Shown in pieces: positions 9,099-18,208 of a stretch of DNA of 24,202 nt. Within the stretch, counting starts at the first letter, position 1; each line of letters begins with the position of its first letter. The DNA is taken from the IMG/VR virus record IMGVR_UViG_3300049137_000071, positions 1 through 24,202 of that record. The stretch is one strand, 5' to 3'. The DNA comes from a virus. Lineage: Duplodnaviria; Caudoviricetes. The notes beneath the pieces are model-generated. The model was not told where the DNA came from. It worked only from the letters and a program-made list of their open reading frames with translations, and searched no databases. Position numbers and translations under genes: made by a program.

Positions 9099-9503
9099 AT
9101 GGCACTGCTCACCCCCGACGAGATCGGCGCGGCCGACGACCGGCGCTGGGAGGACGTGGACGTTCCCGAGTGGGGCGGCACCGTCCGCATCGCGTCCATG
9201 TCCGGCACCGACCGCAACGCCTACCAGAAGCAGATGGTCGTCCTCGGCAGCGACGGCAAGCCGCAGGGCGTCGATCTCAGCAACCAGTACGCGCGGCTGC
9301 TGTCCAAGTGCCTCGTTGGCGAGGATTTCCGCCGCCTCTACATCACCGACAAGCAGGTGACGGCCCTTGGCACGAAGAACGGCGCCGTCCTGGAGCGCCT
9401 GGCAGGCGTCGCCAAGCGGATTTCTGGGCTCGGCGAAGGGGCGGTAGAAGACGCCGCGGGAAAATCCGAGGAGACGCCGAGCGGCAGTTCTACCACCGGC
9501 TAG
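9099..9503 (+). CDS. Tail assembly chaperone (G-like)
   Basis: 134 aa from ATG 9099 with V.VPEWGG.V. Sits between tail tube and tape measure, with a slippery site near its 3' end. Confidence 0.88.
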   Translation: MALLTPDEIGAADDRRWEDVDVPEWGGTVRIASMSGTDRNAYQKQMVVLGSDGKPQGVDLSNQYARLLSKCLVGEDFRRLYITDKQVTALGTKNGAVLERLAGVAKRISGLGEGAVEDAAGKSEETPSGSSTTG

Positions 9504-9829
9504 CCGCACACCTCGGGGCCCGGTCCGTGCGGCACATGCTCGCCGACATGGACTCCGACGAGCTCACCGACTGGATCGCCTACGAGCAGATCACCGGCCC
9601 CCTCGGACCCACCCGGTACGACGTCCTGCACGGCATCCACACCGCGGTCACCGCGAACACGACCGCTGCGAAGGGCCGCAAGGCACGCCCCCGGGACTTC
9701 ATCCCCGAGTGGGACCACAGCAGGGAAGCGACCTGGCAGCAGATGCTCGCCACCGTGCGCACCGTGAACGCCCAGATGGGCGGCATCGATCACACGAACG
9801 GGGGTGGCACGGATGACGACGCTCTCTGA
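9099..9829 (+). CDS. Tail assembly chaperone frameshift product (GT-like, ~243 aa)
   Basis: A -1 shift at G GGA AAA (9458-9464) enters the frame of ORF 9170..9829: ...GKIRGDAERQFYHRLA.HLG...L..MDS.ELT.W.AYE...GPLG. Confidence 0.85.
9458..9464 (+). other. Programmed -1 ribosomal frameshift heptamer GGGAAAA
   Basis: X XXY YYZ pattern in the correct phase (GCG GGA AAA); the -1 frame is open to 9829. Confidence 0.88.
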
Positions 9830-11918
9830 GCTGCTGGTGGACATCGGGGTCGACACCAACGACCTGACGGACGGGACGGCCGGGGCCGCCGACGATGTCG
9901 AGCGGTCCCTCGCCGGGATCGGCGACGCCGCCGACCAGGTCGCCCGGGACGTCTCCGACGCCGCCGGCCAGGCGTCCACCGCGCTGGAGGGCGTCGGCGC
10001 GTCGGCCAACGAGGCGGCGCAGGGGGCGGAGCAGGCCGCGGCTGACGTCGAGGGGTCCTTCCGGGGCATCGCGGCGGCCGGGGCCGGCGCGGCCGTCGGT
10101 GCCCTGTTCGTGTCCGGGCTGACCGCAGCGATGGACGCGACCGCGGCAACCAACAAGCTGGCCAACCAGCTGGGCCTCACCGAGGCGGAGTCCGAGCGTG
10201 CTGGCGCCGTGGCCGGCCAGGTGTTCAACGCCGGTTTCTCCGACTCGATCGGCGGGGTGAATGAGGCCCTGGCGGGAGTCACCGCGAACATCGGCGGCAT
10301 GGGCAAGGCGACAGACGCCGAGCTCGCGCAGATGACCAAGAGCGCGCTCGCCCTGGCGGAGACGTTCAACTTCGACGTGAACGAGTCCACGCAGGCCATG
10401 GGCACTCTGCTGAAGACCGGCCTGGCGAAGGACGGCGTCGAGGCGCTGGACCTGCTCACGGCGACCGCCCGGAAACTGCCGCCCGCGATGCAGGAGGAAC
10501 TGCCCACCCTCACCAGGGAGTACGGGGAGTTCTTCGACCAGCTCGGTTTCACCGGCCCGGAGATGATGGGCCTGCTCACCCAGGCCGCGAAGAACCCCAC
10601 CTTCGAGCTGGACAAGATGGGCGACGCGCTCAAGGAATTCACGCTCCTGATGGCGGACACCGACGCGGTGAAGGAGCCGCTGGAAGAGCTGGGTCTGAAC
10701 GTCAAGGAGATCCAGACCCTGATGAACACCGGGCAGGGCACCGAGGCATTCGACCAGGTGACCGCTGCCCTGCGAGGCGTCGAGGACCAGACGGAGCGCA
10801 CCAAGCTCCAAGCGGCGCTCTTCGGCGGTCCCGGTGAGGACATGGGCAACAGCCTGCTCAACCTGAAGGCGACCGGCGCCGACGCGGCGGCCGGCCTCGA
10901 CCAGGCGGCCGGCGCCGCGACGAGCCTCACCGACTCCGTCGAGGAGTCCAAGACGCTGGAGGCGACGTGGCGGCAGATCAGCACCACCCTGGGTGAACTC
11001 CTGACCCCTGCGTTGCGCACGGTCAACGAGTTCATGCAGGAACACCCCGGCCTAATGAAAATTCTGGTCCCGCTCGTCCTCGGCCTGGCGATCGCCCTCG
11101 GCATCTTCGCCATCGCCACCTGGGCGGTGAACGCTGCGCTGCTCGCCTCCCCGGTGACGTGGATCATCCTGGGGATCATCGCCCTGATCGCCGTGATCGT
11201 GCTGATCATCGTCAAGTGGGACGAGATCGCCGCCGCCACGTCGGACGCCTGGGACTGGATCACCACCAAGCTCGGTGAGGCCTGGGCGTGGATCACCGGC
11301 CTGTTCACCGATGCCCTGGACTGGCTGACGGGCGCCTGGAACGACGCCTGGGGCTGGATCGAGCGCAAGACCGACGAAGGCGTGGACGCCGTCATGGGGT
11401 TCTTCGCCGGGCTCGGCAAGATCCCCGGTCAGATCGGTGTGTGGGTGGCCGACATCGTCGGATGGATCGCAGGCCTGCCCGGCCGCATCGGGCGGGCAGC
11501 GGCAGGCATGTGGGACTCGCTCAAGATCGGCTTCATCAACGTGATCAACTTCCTGATCTGGAAGTGGAACAACTTCAGCCTGACCCTCGGCGGCGGCAGC
11601 GTGCTCGGCGTGGACATCCCCTCGGTGACCCTGGCCACCCCCGACATTCCGTACCTCGCCGAGGGCGGCATCACGACCGGGCCCACGGTCGCCATGATCG
11701 GTGAAGGACCGGAGGACGAGGCGGTCCTGCCGCTGTCCAAGCTGGACGGCATGCTGCGCTCCGTCGCCGGGCCCGTTTCCCGGGTTGAGCAGGCGCCCTT
11801 GCAGGTCGTCATCACCTCGCGGATGAGCGACGGCGCGTTCGCTGAGGCGTTCCAGCACGAGGTCCGCACGAAGGCCGGCGGCTCCGTGCGCCGCTACGCA
11901 GGAGAGGACGAGGACTGA
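9813..11918 (+). CDS. Tail tape measure protein
   Basis: About 701 aa (ATG 9813; GTG 9804 is an alternative). Ala/Gly-rich, with two hydrophobic segments (~11060-11215), 11-residue Trp repeats (AWDWITTKLGE AWAWITGLFTD ALDWLTGAWND AWGWIERKTDE) and the C-terminal LAEGGI..GPT.AMIGE.GP..EAVLPL motif. Confidence 0.95.
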   Translation: MTTLSELLVDIGVDTNDLTDGTAGAADDVERSLAGIGDAADQVARDVSDAAGQASTALEGVGASANEAAQGAEQAAADVEGSFRGIAAAGAGAAVGALFVSGLTAAMDATAATNKLANQLGLTEAESERAGAVAGQVFNAGFSDSIGGVNEALAGVTANIGGMGKATDAELAQMTKSALALAETFNFDVNESTQAMGTLLKTGLAKDGVEALDLLTATARKLPPAMQEELPTLTREYGEFFDQLGFTGPEMMGLLTQAAKNPTFELDKMGDALKEFTLLMADTDAVKEPLEELGLNVKEIQTLMNTGQGTEAFDQVTAALRGVEDQTERTKLQAALFGGPGEDMGNSLLNLKATGADAAAGLDQAAGAATSLTDSVEESKTLEATWRQISTTLGELLTPALRTVNEFMQEHPGLMKILVPLVLGLAIALGIFAIATWAVNAALLASPVTWIILGIIALIAVIVLIIVKWDEIAAATSDAWDWITTKLGEAWAWITGLFTDALDWLTGAWNDAWGWIERKTDEGVDAVMGFFAGLGKIPGQIGVWVADIVGWIAGLPGRIGRAAAGMWDSLKIGFINVINFLIWKWNNFSLTLGGGSVLGVDIPSVTLATPDIPYLAEGGITTGPTVAMIGEGPEDEAVLPLSKLDGMLRSVAGPVSRVEQAPLQVVITSRMSDGAFAEAFQHEVRTKAGGSVRRYAGEDED

Positions 11919-11919
11919 C

Positions 11920-14900
11920 ATGCCGAGCCTGCCCCCGCCCCGCACCACCGAGCTGTACTACGACGGCGCCTGGCACGACATCAGCGGCCACATGCGGGAA
12001 TCGGCCCCGGTCACCATCACCCGCGGGGTGTCGGCCGAGGGCAACCAGCCCGACCCCATGGCCGCCTCCGCGCTCCTGGACAACCGGTCGGGGGACTACT
12101 CCCCGCGCAACCCGCACAGCCGCCTGCACGGGAGGGTCGGCCGCAACACCCCGTGGCGGTTCTCCGTGGAGGCGGGCGGGCCGTGGGCGGAGCTCTCCGC
12201 CACGCACGACGCCCTCGTCACCCCTGGCACCGCCATGACGGTCAGCGGTGACCTCGACGTGCGGGTGGACATCACACAGACCCGGACCGGTGTCGTGCAG
12301 CACGTGGTCGGCAGGTGGGCCACCACCGGGAACCAGCGCTCGTGGGCCGTGTCCATCACGTCCGACGCGCACCTGCAGCTGCGGTGGTCCATCACCGGTG
12401 AGGCGGCCTCTCTCTACACCCTCACGTCCACCGCGCCGATGCCGCTGAGCCGGGGACAGCGGGCCGTCCTGCGGGTCACTCTGGACGTCAACAACGGGGC
12501 GGGCGGGCATACAGCCGCGTTCTACTACGGGCAGAGCATGACCGGCCCCTGGCGGCCGGTCGGCGCCCCTGTCGTCACCCTGGGCAGCGCGTTCATCTGG
12601 CCGGGCACCGCACAGCTGGAGTTCGGCAGTGTGCCCGGCATCACCTGGCAGGGGCTCGGCGGCCGCGCGCACGCCCTGCAGCTGCGCAACGGCATCGACG
12701 GGCCTGTCCTGGTCGACCTGGACGTGGCCGCGCAGGGCACAGCAGGCGCGAGCACCATCACCGGGGCCGGAGGGCGCATCTGGACCCTGCGCGACGAGGC
12801 GTACCTGTCCAACCGGCACGTCCGGATGCTCGGTGAGGTGCCGGCCTGGCCGCCGTCGCGGGACCTGTCCGGCGCGGACCGCGCCGTGGCCATCGCCCCG
12901 GCCGGGATCATGCGCCGTCTGGGGGCCGGGAACAAGCCGCTCGCCTCCGCGCTGCAGCGGTTCATCCTCGGCAGCGGGACCGCTGTCGACTGCTGGCCCC
13001 TGACCGACGGCCCGCAGTCTCAATGGGCCAACAGCCTCATGGGCGGGCCCCGACTCCAGCCGATCGGGAACAGCGCCACCCCCATCAAATGGGCAAAGGG
13101 CACCCTGGGCGACTGGGTCGAACCCGTGGCCGCGATCACGAGGGAGTCCAACGGCGCATTCAGGGCCACCCTCGCCCGCGCCACGGCGGCCGCCACGGGA
13201 TGGGCGATCGACGTTCTGCGGGCCGGTGACGGAGTCGATACCGGCATGACGGTCATCGACTACGGGGCCGGGTCCGTCTCGGATCCGCAGGTGCAGTGGA
13301 CCCTCGTCAGCCAGAACCTCCCCAGCGCGGACACGATCATGCTGTTCGCGGACGTCACCGCGGGCACCACGGTCACCCCGTACACCCTGGCGACGCTCCC
13401 CGCCACGGGGCTGCAGGACGGCCAGCCGCACCACCTCCGTCTCGCCGCGGCGGCCAGCGGCACATCGACCAACTGGTCGCTGTACCTCGACGGCCAGTAC
13501 CTCGCCGGCGGAACCGCACCATTCCGCGTGCACGCCCCGGCATCCATCGCCTACGAGTGGAACGAGAACTTCTCCACGGCGGAGACCACCGACCTGTCGA
13601 TCGGATACCTGACGTACTGGGGGGCAGGGGCCCCGTTCGCCAGTGATGTGCACGAGGCCTATCGCGGGTTCATCGGTGAACCCGCTGGCGCACGGGTGCT
13701 GCGCGTCGCCGCCGAGCAGAACGTACCGGCCTCGATGTACGGGCTGTTGGAGGACAGCACGCTCCTTGGTGTCCAGCGCCCGGAGAAGTTCCTGGACACT
13801 CTGAACGCGGTGGCCCGCACCGACCTCGGCTACGTCCTGGAGGCGCGCGACGCCCTGGAGCTCGTCTACCGGGGGCGGGACACGCTCTACAACCAGGCGC
13901 CGATGGTGACCCTGGACTGGTCGGGCGGGGTGGTGGCCGCCCCGTTCCGGCCGACCGACGATGACAAGCTGACCCGCAACGACGTCACTGTGCGCAGGGA
14001 CGGGGGTGTGGAGTCGACGGCGGTCCTCGAGGAAGGGCCGATGTCCGTACAGGACCCGCCGGACGGGGTCGGCCGCTACGACGTCGCGCACACCCTGTCG
14101 CTCGCCTCGGACGCCCAGACGCCCGGGCACGCCTACTGGCGCCTGCACCTGGGCACTCATGACGGGCTGCGCTACACCAAGGTCACCGTCGACCTGGGCA
14201 ACCCGCGCGGCTACGCCCTCCTGGACCAGCTGTACCGGGCGGACGTCGGCGACCTCCTGCGGATCACGAACCTGCCTGCGGACTACGGCGGCGGGTCGAC
14301 CGATCTCCTGATCCGCGGCTACAGCGAGGACGTGGGCGCCGACCGGTGGCAGATCACGTTCACCTGCGACCCGGGCGCGCCGTGGACGGTGGGCGTGGTG
14401 GGTGATGCGGACCTGGGCCGGGTCGACACCAGCGGCAGTGAACTGGCGCTCGCCGTAGCGGCCACGGACACCGTGCTGCCGGTCCTCGCGACCGCGGGCA
14501 GGCCCTGGATCACCACTGCTCTGTTCCCGGCCGAGTTCCCCTTCGACGTCCAGGTCGGCGGCGAGCACGCCACGGTCACCGCGATCACGCCCGGCGTGTG
14601 CGCCTACGACACGTTCACCCGCACCGCGTCATCCACCTGGGGCGCCACGGACTCTGGGCACACCTGGATCCAGAGCGGCGGCACCGGAGCGGAACGCGCC
14701 GTCACCGGGTCGGCCGGCACCATCACCCTGGCCTCACCGGTCGCCACACCCCGGTTCCAGCGCCTGGGCCTGTCCCTGGCGGACTGCGAGATCACCGCCG
14801 TGGTCTCCGTGTCGCAGGTAGCGACCGGCGGCGCCCTGACACCGTCGATCCTGCTGCGGCGACAGTCCGACAGCGCCTACTACGCCGTGCGCGCCTACTT

Positions 14901-15309
14901 CTCCAGTGACGGACTGCTGTACCTGGCGCTGTACACCACCGGGCAGGGAACGGTCGGCGGCCTCATCTCCTCAGGCCTGTCCTACTCGGCGGGCCAGCAG
15001 TTCAGGATCCGGGCCCGGATCACCGGACAGCGGGTGCAGGCCCGCGCCTGGCGGGCCTCTGCGGCCGAGCCGTCCACCTGGCTGCTGGACCAGACCCCAA
15101 GCACCGGCACCGGCACCATCACCGCCGGAGACGTCGGCGTGCTCGCCGTCGCCGCGGCCGGAACCACCAACGTCAACGCGGTGCTGAGCATCCACGACTG
15201 GGCCTGCCCGCAGGCCATGACCGTCACCCGCGCCGTCAACGGGATCTCCAAAGCCCACCCGGCCGGCACCGACGTGCGCCTGGTCCAGCCCACGATCGTC
15301 GCCCTGTAG
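11920..15309 (+). CDS. Large minor tail / tail-tip protein with probable lectin-like (LamG/ConA) beta-sandwich inserts
   Basis: 1129 aa immediately after the tape measure. Thr/Gly/Trp-rich and beta-strand-like, with LamG-like motifs CWPLTDG and DGQPHHL....LYLDG. Confidence 0.8.
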   Translation: MPSLPPPRTTELYYDGAWHDISGHMRESAPVTITRGVSAEGNQPDPMAASALLDNRSGDYSPRNPHSRLHGRVGRNTPWRFSVEAGGPWAELSATHDALVTPGTAMTVSGDLDVRVDITQTRTGVVQHVVGRWATTGNQRSWAVSITSDAHLQLRWSITGEAASLYTLTSTAPMPLSRGQRAVLRVTLDVNNGAGGHTAAFYYGQSMTGPWRPVGAPVVTLGSAFIWPGTAQLEFGSVPGITWQGLGGRAHALQLRNGIDGPVLVDLDVAAQGTAGASTITGAGGRIWTLRDEAYLSNRHVRMLGEVPAWPPSRDLSGADRAVAIAPAGIMRRLGAGNKPLASALQRFILGSGTAVDCWPLTDGPQSQWANSLMGGPRLQPIGNSATPIKWAKGTLGDWVEPVAAITRESNGAFRATLARATAAATGWAIDVLRAGDGVDTGMTVIDYGAGSVSDPQVQWTLVSQNLPSADTIMLFADVTAGTTVTPYTLATLPATGLQDGQPHHLRLAAAASGTSTNWSLYLDGQYLAGGTAPFRVHAPASIAYEWNENFSTAETTDLSIGYLTYWGAGAPFASDVHEAYRGFIGEPAGARVLRVAAEQNVPASMYGLLEDSTLLGVQRPEKFLDTLNAVARTDLGYVLEARDALELVYRGRDTLYNQAPMVTLDWSGGVVAAPFRPTDDDKLTRNDVTVRRDGGVESTAVLEEGPMSVQDPPDGVGRYDVAHTLSLASDAQTPGHAYWRLHLGTHDGLRYTKVTVDLGNPRGYALLDQLYRADVGDLLRITNLPADYGGGSTDLLIRGYSEDVGADRWQITFTCDPGAPWTVGVVGDADLGRVDTSGSELALAVAATDTVLPVLATAGRPWITTALFPAEFPFDVQVGGEHATVTAITPGVCAYDTFTRTASSTWGATDSGHTWIQSGGTGAERAVTGSAGTITLASPVATPRFQRLGLSLADCEITAVVSVSQVATGGALTPSILLRRQSDSAYYAVRAYFSSDGLLYLALYTTGQGTVGGLISSGLSYSAGQQFRIRARITGQRVQARAWRASAAEPSTWLLDQTPSTGTGTITAGDVGVLAVAAAGTTNVNAVLSIHDWACPQAMTVTRAVNGISKAHPAGTDVRLVQPTIVAL

Positions 15310-15322
15310 GAAGGAGCGCATC

Positions 15323-15658
15323 ATGCCTGTGCCCGCGACTGTGTGGCAGCCCGGTATGCGCATCACCGATGCCCGCCTGAACGCGAAGGACTACCAGGCC
15401 GGAACGGTCAACATCAGCTTCACCAGCCAGACCAGCTACACCCAGGCCGTCACGTTTCCTGACGGGCCGTTCCCCGTGATCCCGAACATGAGCGTGGAGA
15501 TCGTCTCGGGTGCTGGTGCGGCAGGCCGGTTCGAAGTCCGGCCGATCAACCCCACGGTCAGCGGCTTCACGCTCTTCGTGCTCCTCACCGACACGGCAGA
15601 GGGCGCCGACACCTGGACCAATGTGCCCGTCAACTGGATCGCCCACATGCCCACATGA
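15323..15658 (+). CDS. Small minor tail protein (111 aa)
   Basis: AAGGAG RBS. Pattern WQPGMRIT..RLN, Q.GTV.I, VTFP..PF...P, SGFT and VNWIA resembles small tail-fibre-associated beta domains. Confidence 0.7.
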   Translation: MPVPATVWQPGMRITDARLNAKDYQAGTVNISFTSQTSYTQAVTFPDGPFPVIPNMSVEIVSGAGAAGRFEVRPINPTVSGFTLFVLLTDTAEGADTWTNVPVNWIAHMPT

Positions 15659-15677
15659 CCACCCGAAAGGTGTTCCG

Positions 15678-15935
15678 ATGATCGTTGTCACACGGTACGA
15701 ATCGATGCAGTACGACGGCACCAACGGCGAGGCGGTCGCCGAATGGCTCCCGAACACCGTCTTCGAGAGCGTCGCCGAGGACGGGACCCTCTCCGTCCAG
15801 GTCGAGAACTACGGGATGACGTACCCCCTCTACATCCCCGCGCAGTGGTGGACCCTGCGAGCCGCCGGCCAGTACCAGGGCATCGTCAGCCCTGAGGACT
15901 ACACGCAGAACTACTACGAACTCCCCGGCACCTGA
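15678..15935 (+). CDS. Hypothetical protein (85 aa) at end of tail module
   Basis: ATG 15678 after AAAGGTG. GC3-biased codons; followed by a terminator-like hairpin. Confidence 0.7.
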   Translation: MIVVTRYESMQYDGTNGEAVAEWLPNTVFESVAEDGTLSVQVENYGMTYPLYIPAQWWTLRAAGQYQGIVSPEDYTQNYYELPGT

Positions 15936-15952
15936 CCAACCGCACACCGCCC

Positions 15953-15981
15953 AGCCCCGCGCCGAACGGCCGGGGCTTTTC
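15953..15981 (+). terminator. Intrinsic terminator-like hairpin between tail and lysis genes
   Basis: AGCCCCG-C-GCCG-aa-CGGC-CGGGGCT followed by TTTC. Confidence 0.65.
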
Positions 15982-16000
15982 TCATGCCCTGGAGGGCTCC

Positions 16001-16930
16001 ATGGCTCCACCGCTGTCCGCTGCCCGCCTGCTCAAGGCCCTGAAGGATGAGGGCCTGACTGTCGTCGAGGTTGGCGACTGGCGTACCCACAACCGCAACT
16101 CCAAGGGTGCCTGGGGGCCGGTGCACGGGGTGATGATCCACCACACCGTGACGAAGGGCACTGCCCGCACCGTCAACATCTGCCGTGACGGGTACTCGGG
16201 CCTGCCCGGGCCGCTGTGCCACGGCGTTATCGCGAAGGACGGCACCGTCTACCTCGTCGGCCACGGGCGTGCCAACCATGCGGGCCTGGGCGACGACGAC
16301 GTGCTGCGGGCCGTCATCGACGAACGGGCGCTGCCTGCCGACAACGAGACCAGCACCGACGGGAACCGGCACTTCTATGGGTTCGAGTGCGAGAACCTCG
16401 GCGACGGGAAGGACCCGTGGCCCGCCGTCCAGCTGGAGGCGATCGAGAAGGCTGCGGCCGCGGTCTGCCGGGCGCACGCCTGGGACGAGCGCTCGGTGAT
16501 TGGCCACAAGGAGTGGCAGCCCGGAAAGGTCGACCCGCGCGGGTTCGAGATGGACGACATGCGCGGTCGGGTCCGCGGCCGGCTCGGCACCAAGGCGCCG
16601 GCCACACCGCCGAAGCCCACGCCACCGCCGAAGCGGCCTGTCGTCGACCTCTCGCAGCTGATCGCCGCCGCGCGGTCCAATCCGGCCGCCACGGGCACTC
16701 CGGTGACGTACTCGGGCGTGCGCACGGTGGAGGCCGCCCTGGTGGACGCGGGGCTGCTCAGCAAGGCGTACTCCGACGGGCACTACGGCACGACCACGGT
16801 GGTCGCCTACGCCAGGTGGCAGCGGAGCGCGGCGGGTGGCCGCTACCGCGGCACGGACGCCGACGGCATCCCAGGCAAGGCCTCCCTCACCGCCCTCGGC
16901 AAGCGCTACGGCTTCACCGTCACCAACTAG
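16001..16930 (+). CDS. Endolysin, N-acetylmuramoyl-L-alanine amidase (Amidase_2) with C-terminal peptidoglycan-binding domain
   Basis: 309 aa. Zn-amidase motifs MIHHT, ANHAG, GFECEN, VIGHKEW and KVDP; Pro/Lys linker; PG-binding-like DGHYG..T..AY..WQ...ADGIPG..SL. Confidence 0.93.
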   Translation: MAPPLSAARLLKALKDEGLTVVEVGDWRTHNRNSKGAWGPVHGVMIHHTVTKGTARTVNICRDGYSGLPGPLCHGVIAKDGTVYLVGHGRANHAGLGDDDVLRAVIDERALPADNETSTDGNRHFYGFECENLGDGKDPWPAVQLEAIEKAAAAVCRAHAWDERSVIGHKEWQPGKVDPRGFEMDDMRGRVRGRLGTKAPATPPKPTPPPKRPVVDLSQLIAAARSNPAATGTPVTYSGVRTVEAALVDAGLLSKAYSDGHYGTTTVVAYARWQRSAAGGRYRGTDADGIPGKASLTALGKRYGFTVTN

Positions 16931-16939
16931 GAGATCACC

Positions 16940-17173
16940 ATGCAGAAGTTGTTCCTCGACCTTGGCGAGCGCGCGCTCTGGACCGGCGCGCAGGTCGCCC
17001 TCGGCGTGGCCGTGACCGAGCTCGCCGACATCCCACTCTGGTGGGCGGCCCCGGTCGCCCTGGCCCTGTCCTCCGCCAAGGGGTGGGTGGCTGGCCGCCT
17101 GATCGGCCGGTCCGGCACCGCCTCGACCCTGCCCGCATCCAAGGACCCGGCTACCCCTGGCCCGGGGATCTGA
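16940..17173 (+). CDS. Holin (r1t-like)
   Basis: 77 aa after the endolysin, GGAG RBS. ERALWTGAQ resembles the r1t-holin ERA..T.AQ motif; two hydrophobic stretches. Confidence 0.78.
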   Translation: MQKLFLDLGERALWTGAQVALGVAVTELADIPLWWAAPVALALSSAKGWVAGRLIGRSGTASTLPASKDPATPGPGI

Positions 17174-17202
17174 CCTGCCCGTCTAGCGTCCTGGAGGACC
17201 GT

Positions 17203-17469
17203 ATGGATGCTGCCATGCTCACCGCGCTGGGTGCACTGCTGGCCTCGCCGGTGGCAGCGGCAGCAGCCATCTACGGATCCCGGGGCCAGACCAGGGCGTC
17301 CCGGGAGGGCGGAGTCATCACCGGATACGACAGTCTCGCCGCGAAGCTGGTGGCGGAGCGCGACAAGGCGGAGAAGGACCAGGAGGTGGCTGAGCAGCGC
17401 GCTGCCGCCCTGGAGCTCGAAGTGGCCCGGCTTCGGCTGCTGGTGACCCAGCTTGGGGGGACGCCATGA
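17203..17469 (+). CDS. Membrane protein with C-terminal coiled coil (lysis cassette, 88 aa)
   Basis: ATG 17203 after GGAGG. N-terminal hydrophobic helix then a heptad-like charged helix; ATGA overlap with the next gene. Confidence 0.78.
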   Translation: MDAAMLTALGALLASPVAAAAAIYGSRGQTRASREGGVITGYDSLAAKLVAERDKAEKDQEVAEQRAAALELEVARLRLLVTQLGGTP

Positions 17470-18146
17470 CCCGGACTCAGCGCGTGCTCTACCGGCGTCG
17501 ATACCTGCTCTGGATCGTGGCCGCGTTCCTCGCCCTGGGCGGTGGCCTGGCGGTCGCGTTCCTTCAGATCGACCGGGCCGAGCAGCGCGCGGTAGAGCTG
17601 GCCGCCGAGGCGGACCGCCGCGGTGACGCGGTCGGCACCCTGGCCGGGGACGTACGGACGCTGCGTGCGCAGATCAAGGCGGACGGCGGCACGCCAGCCG
17701 CGCCGGATCCGTCAGCTGCGGTCGACGACCTGCCCGACCGGGTCGAGGTGCCGGTGCCGATTTCCGGGCCGTCGGGGCCGCGCGGCCAGAAGGGTGAGGC
17801 CGGCGCTCCTGGGAAGGACGGTGAGGCCGGCCAGGACGGAGAGGACGGTGCCCCAGGCCCGGCGGTCACCGGCGCGCCTGGCCGTGATGGCACCAACGGA
17901 GTCGACGGTGCAGACGGTGCCCAGGGCTCCCAGGGCGAGCGCGGGGAGAAGGGCGAGAAAGGGGACCCTGGCGAGACAGGCCCGCGCGGGCCTGCTGGCC
18001 CGGCCTGCCCTGCCGGGTACAGCCTCCAGCCGCCGCCGGGTGACCCGGACGGGCTGATGTGCCGCCGTGACGGGGCGCCCGTCCCTGAGCCGTCTCTGGA
18101 GCCTGGCCCGCTCGCCCTGGACCCAACCCGCAGGCAGTACCCCTGA
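17466..18146 (+). CDS. Membrane-anchored collagen-like protein
   Basis: 226 aa. Basic N-terminus plus TM helix, coiled coil, 26 Gly-X-Y triplets and C-terminal CPAGY...C. Confidence 0.85.
   Translation: MTRTQRVLYRRRYLLWIVAAFLALGGGLAVAFLQIDRAEQRAVELAAEADRRGDAVGTLAGDVRTLRAQIKADGGTPAAPDPSAAVDDLPDRVEVPVPISGPSGPRGQKGEAGAPGKDGEAGQDGEDGAPGPAVTGAPGRDGTNGVDGADGAQGSQGERGEKGEKGDPGETGPRGPAGPACPAGYSLQPPPGDPDGLMCRRDGAPVPEPSLEPGPLALDPTRRQYP
17766..18005 (+). repeat. Collagen-like Gly-X-Y repeat (11 + 15 triplets interrupted by VT)
   Basis: Counted from the translation GPSGPR...GPRGPAGPA. Confidence 0.9.
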
Positions 18147-18151
18147 ACCAC

Positions 18152-18195
18152 ACCGCCCCCTGTTCTGGCCTCATGGCCGAGCAGGGGGCGGTTTC
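18152..18195. terminator. Probable bidirectional terminator between convergent lysis and GntR genes
   Basis: ACCGCCCCCTGTTC...GAGCAGGGGGCGGT inverted repeat (one G-U pair) followed by TTC. Confidence 0.8.
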
Positions 18196-18208
18196 GTCGC
18201 GTCCAGGG

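Noticed and set aside
465-14568. Long minus-strand ORFs (465..2339, 9500..11419, 9699..11045, 11812..14568 and others)
   Set aside because: They are antisense shadows of well-supported + strand genes, expected in high-GC DNA where stop codons are scarce, and show no recognisable motifs.
14590-15935. Diversity-generating retroelement or invertible tail-fibre cassette
   Set aside because: No reverse transcriptase or invertase gene lies in the window, and no template/variable repeat pair was visible by eye. A self-dotplot would be needed to exclude it formally.
16216-17469. 417-aa ORF overlapping the endolysin
   Set aside because: The upstream part is an Arg/Gly-rich off-frame read. Only the last 88 codons (from 17203) have an RBS and protein-like composition.
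17466-18146. Collagen-like protein as a tail fibre
   Set aside because: It has an N-terminal transmembrane helix and lies after the holin, outside the tail module.
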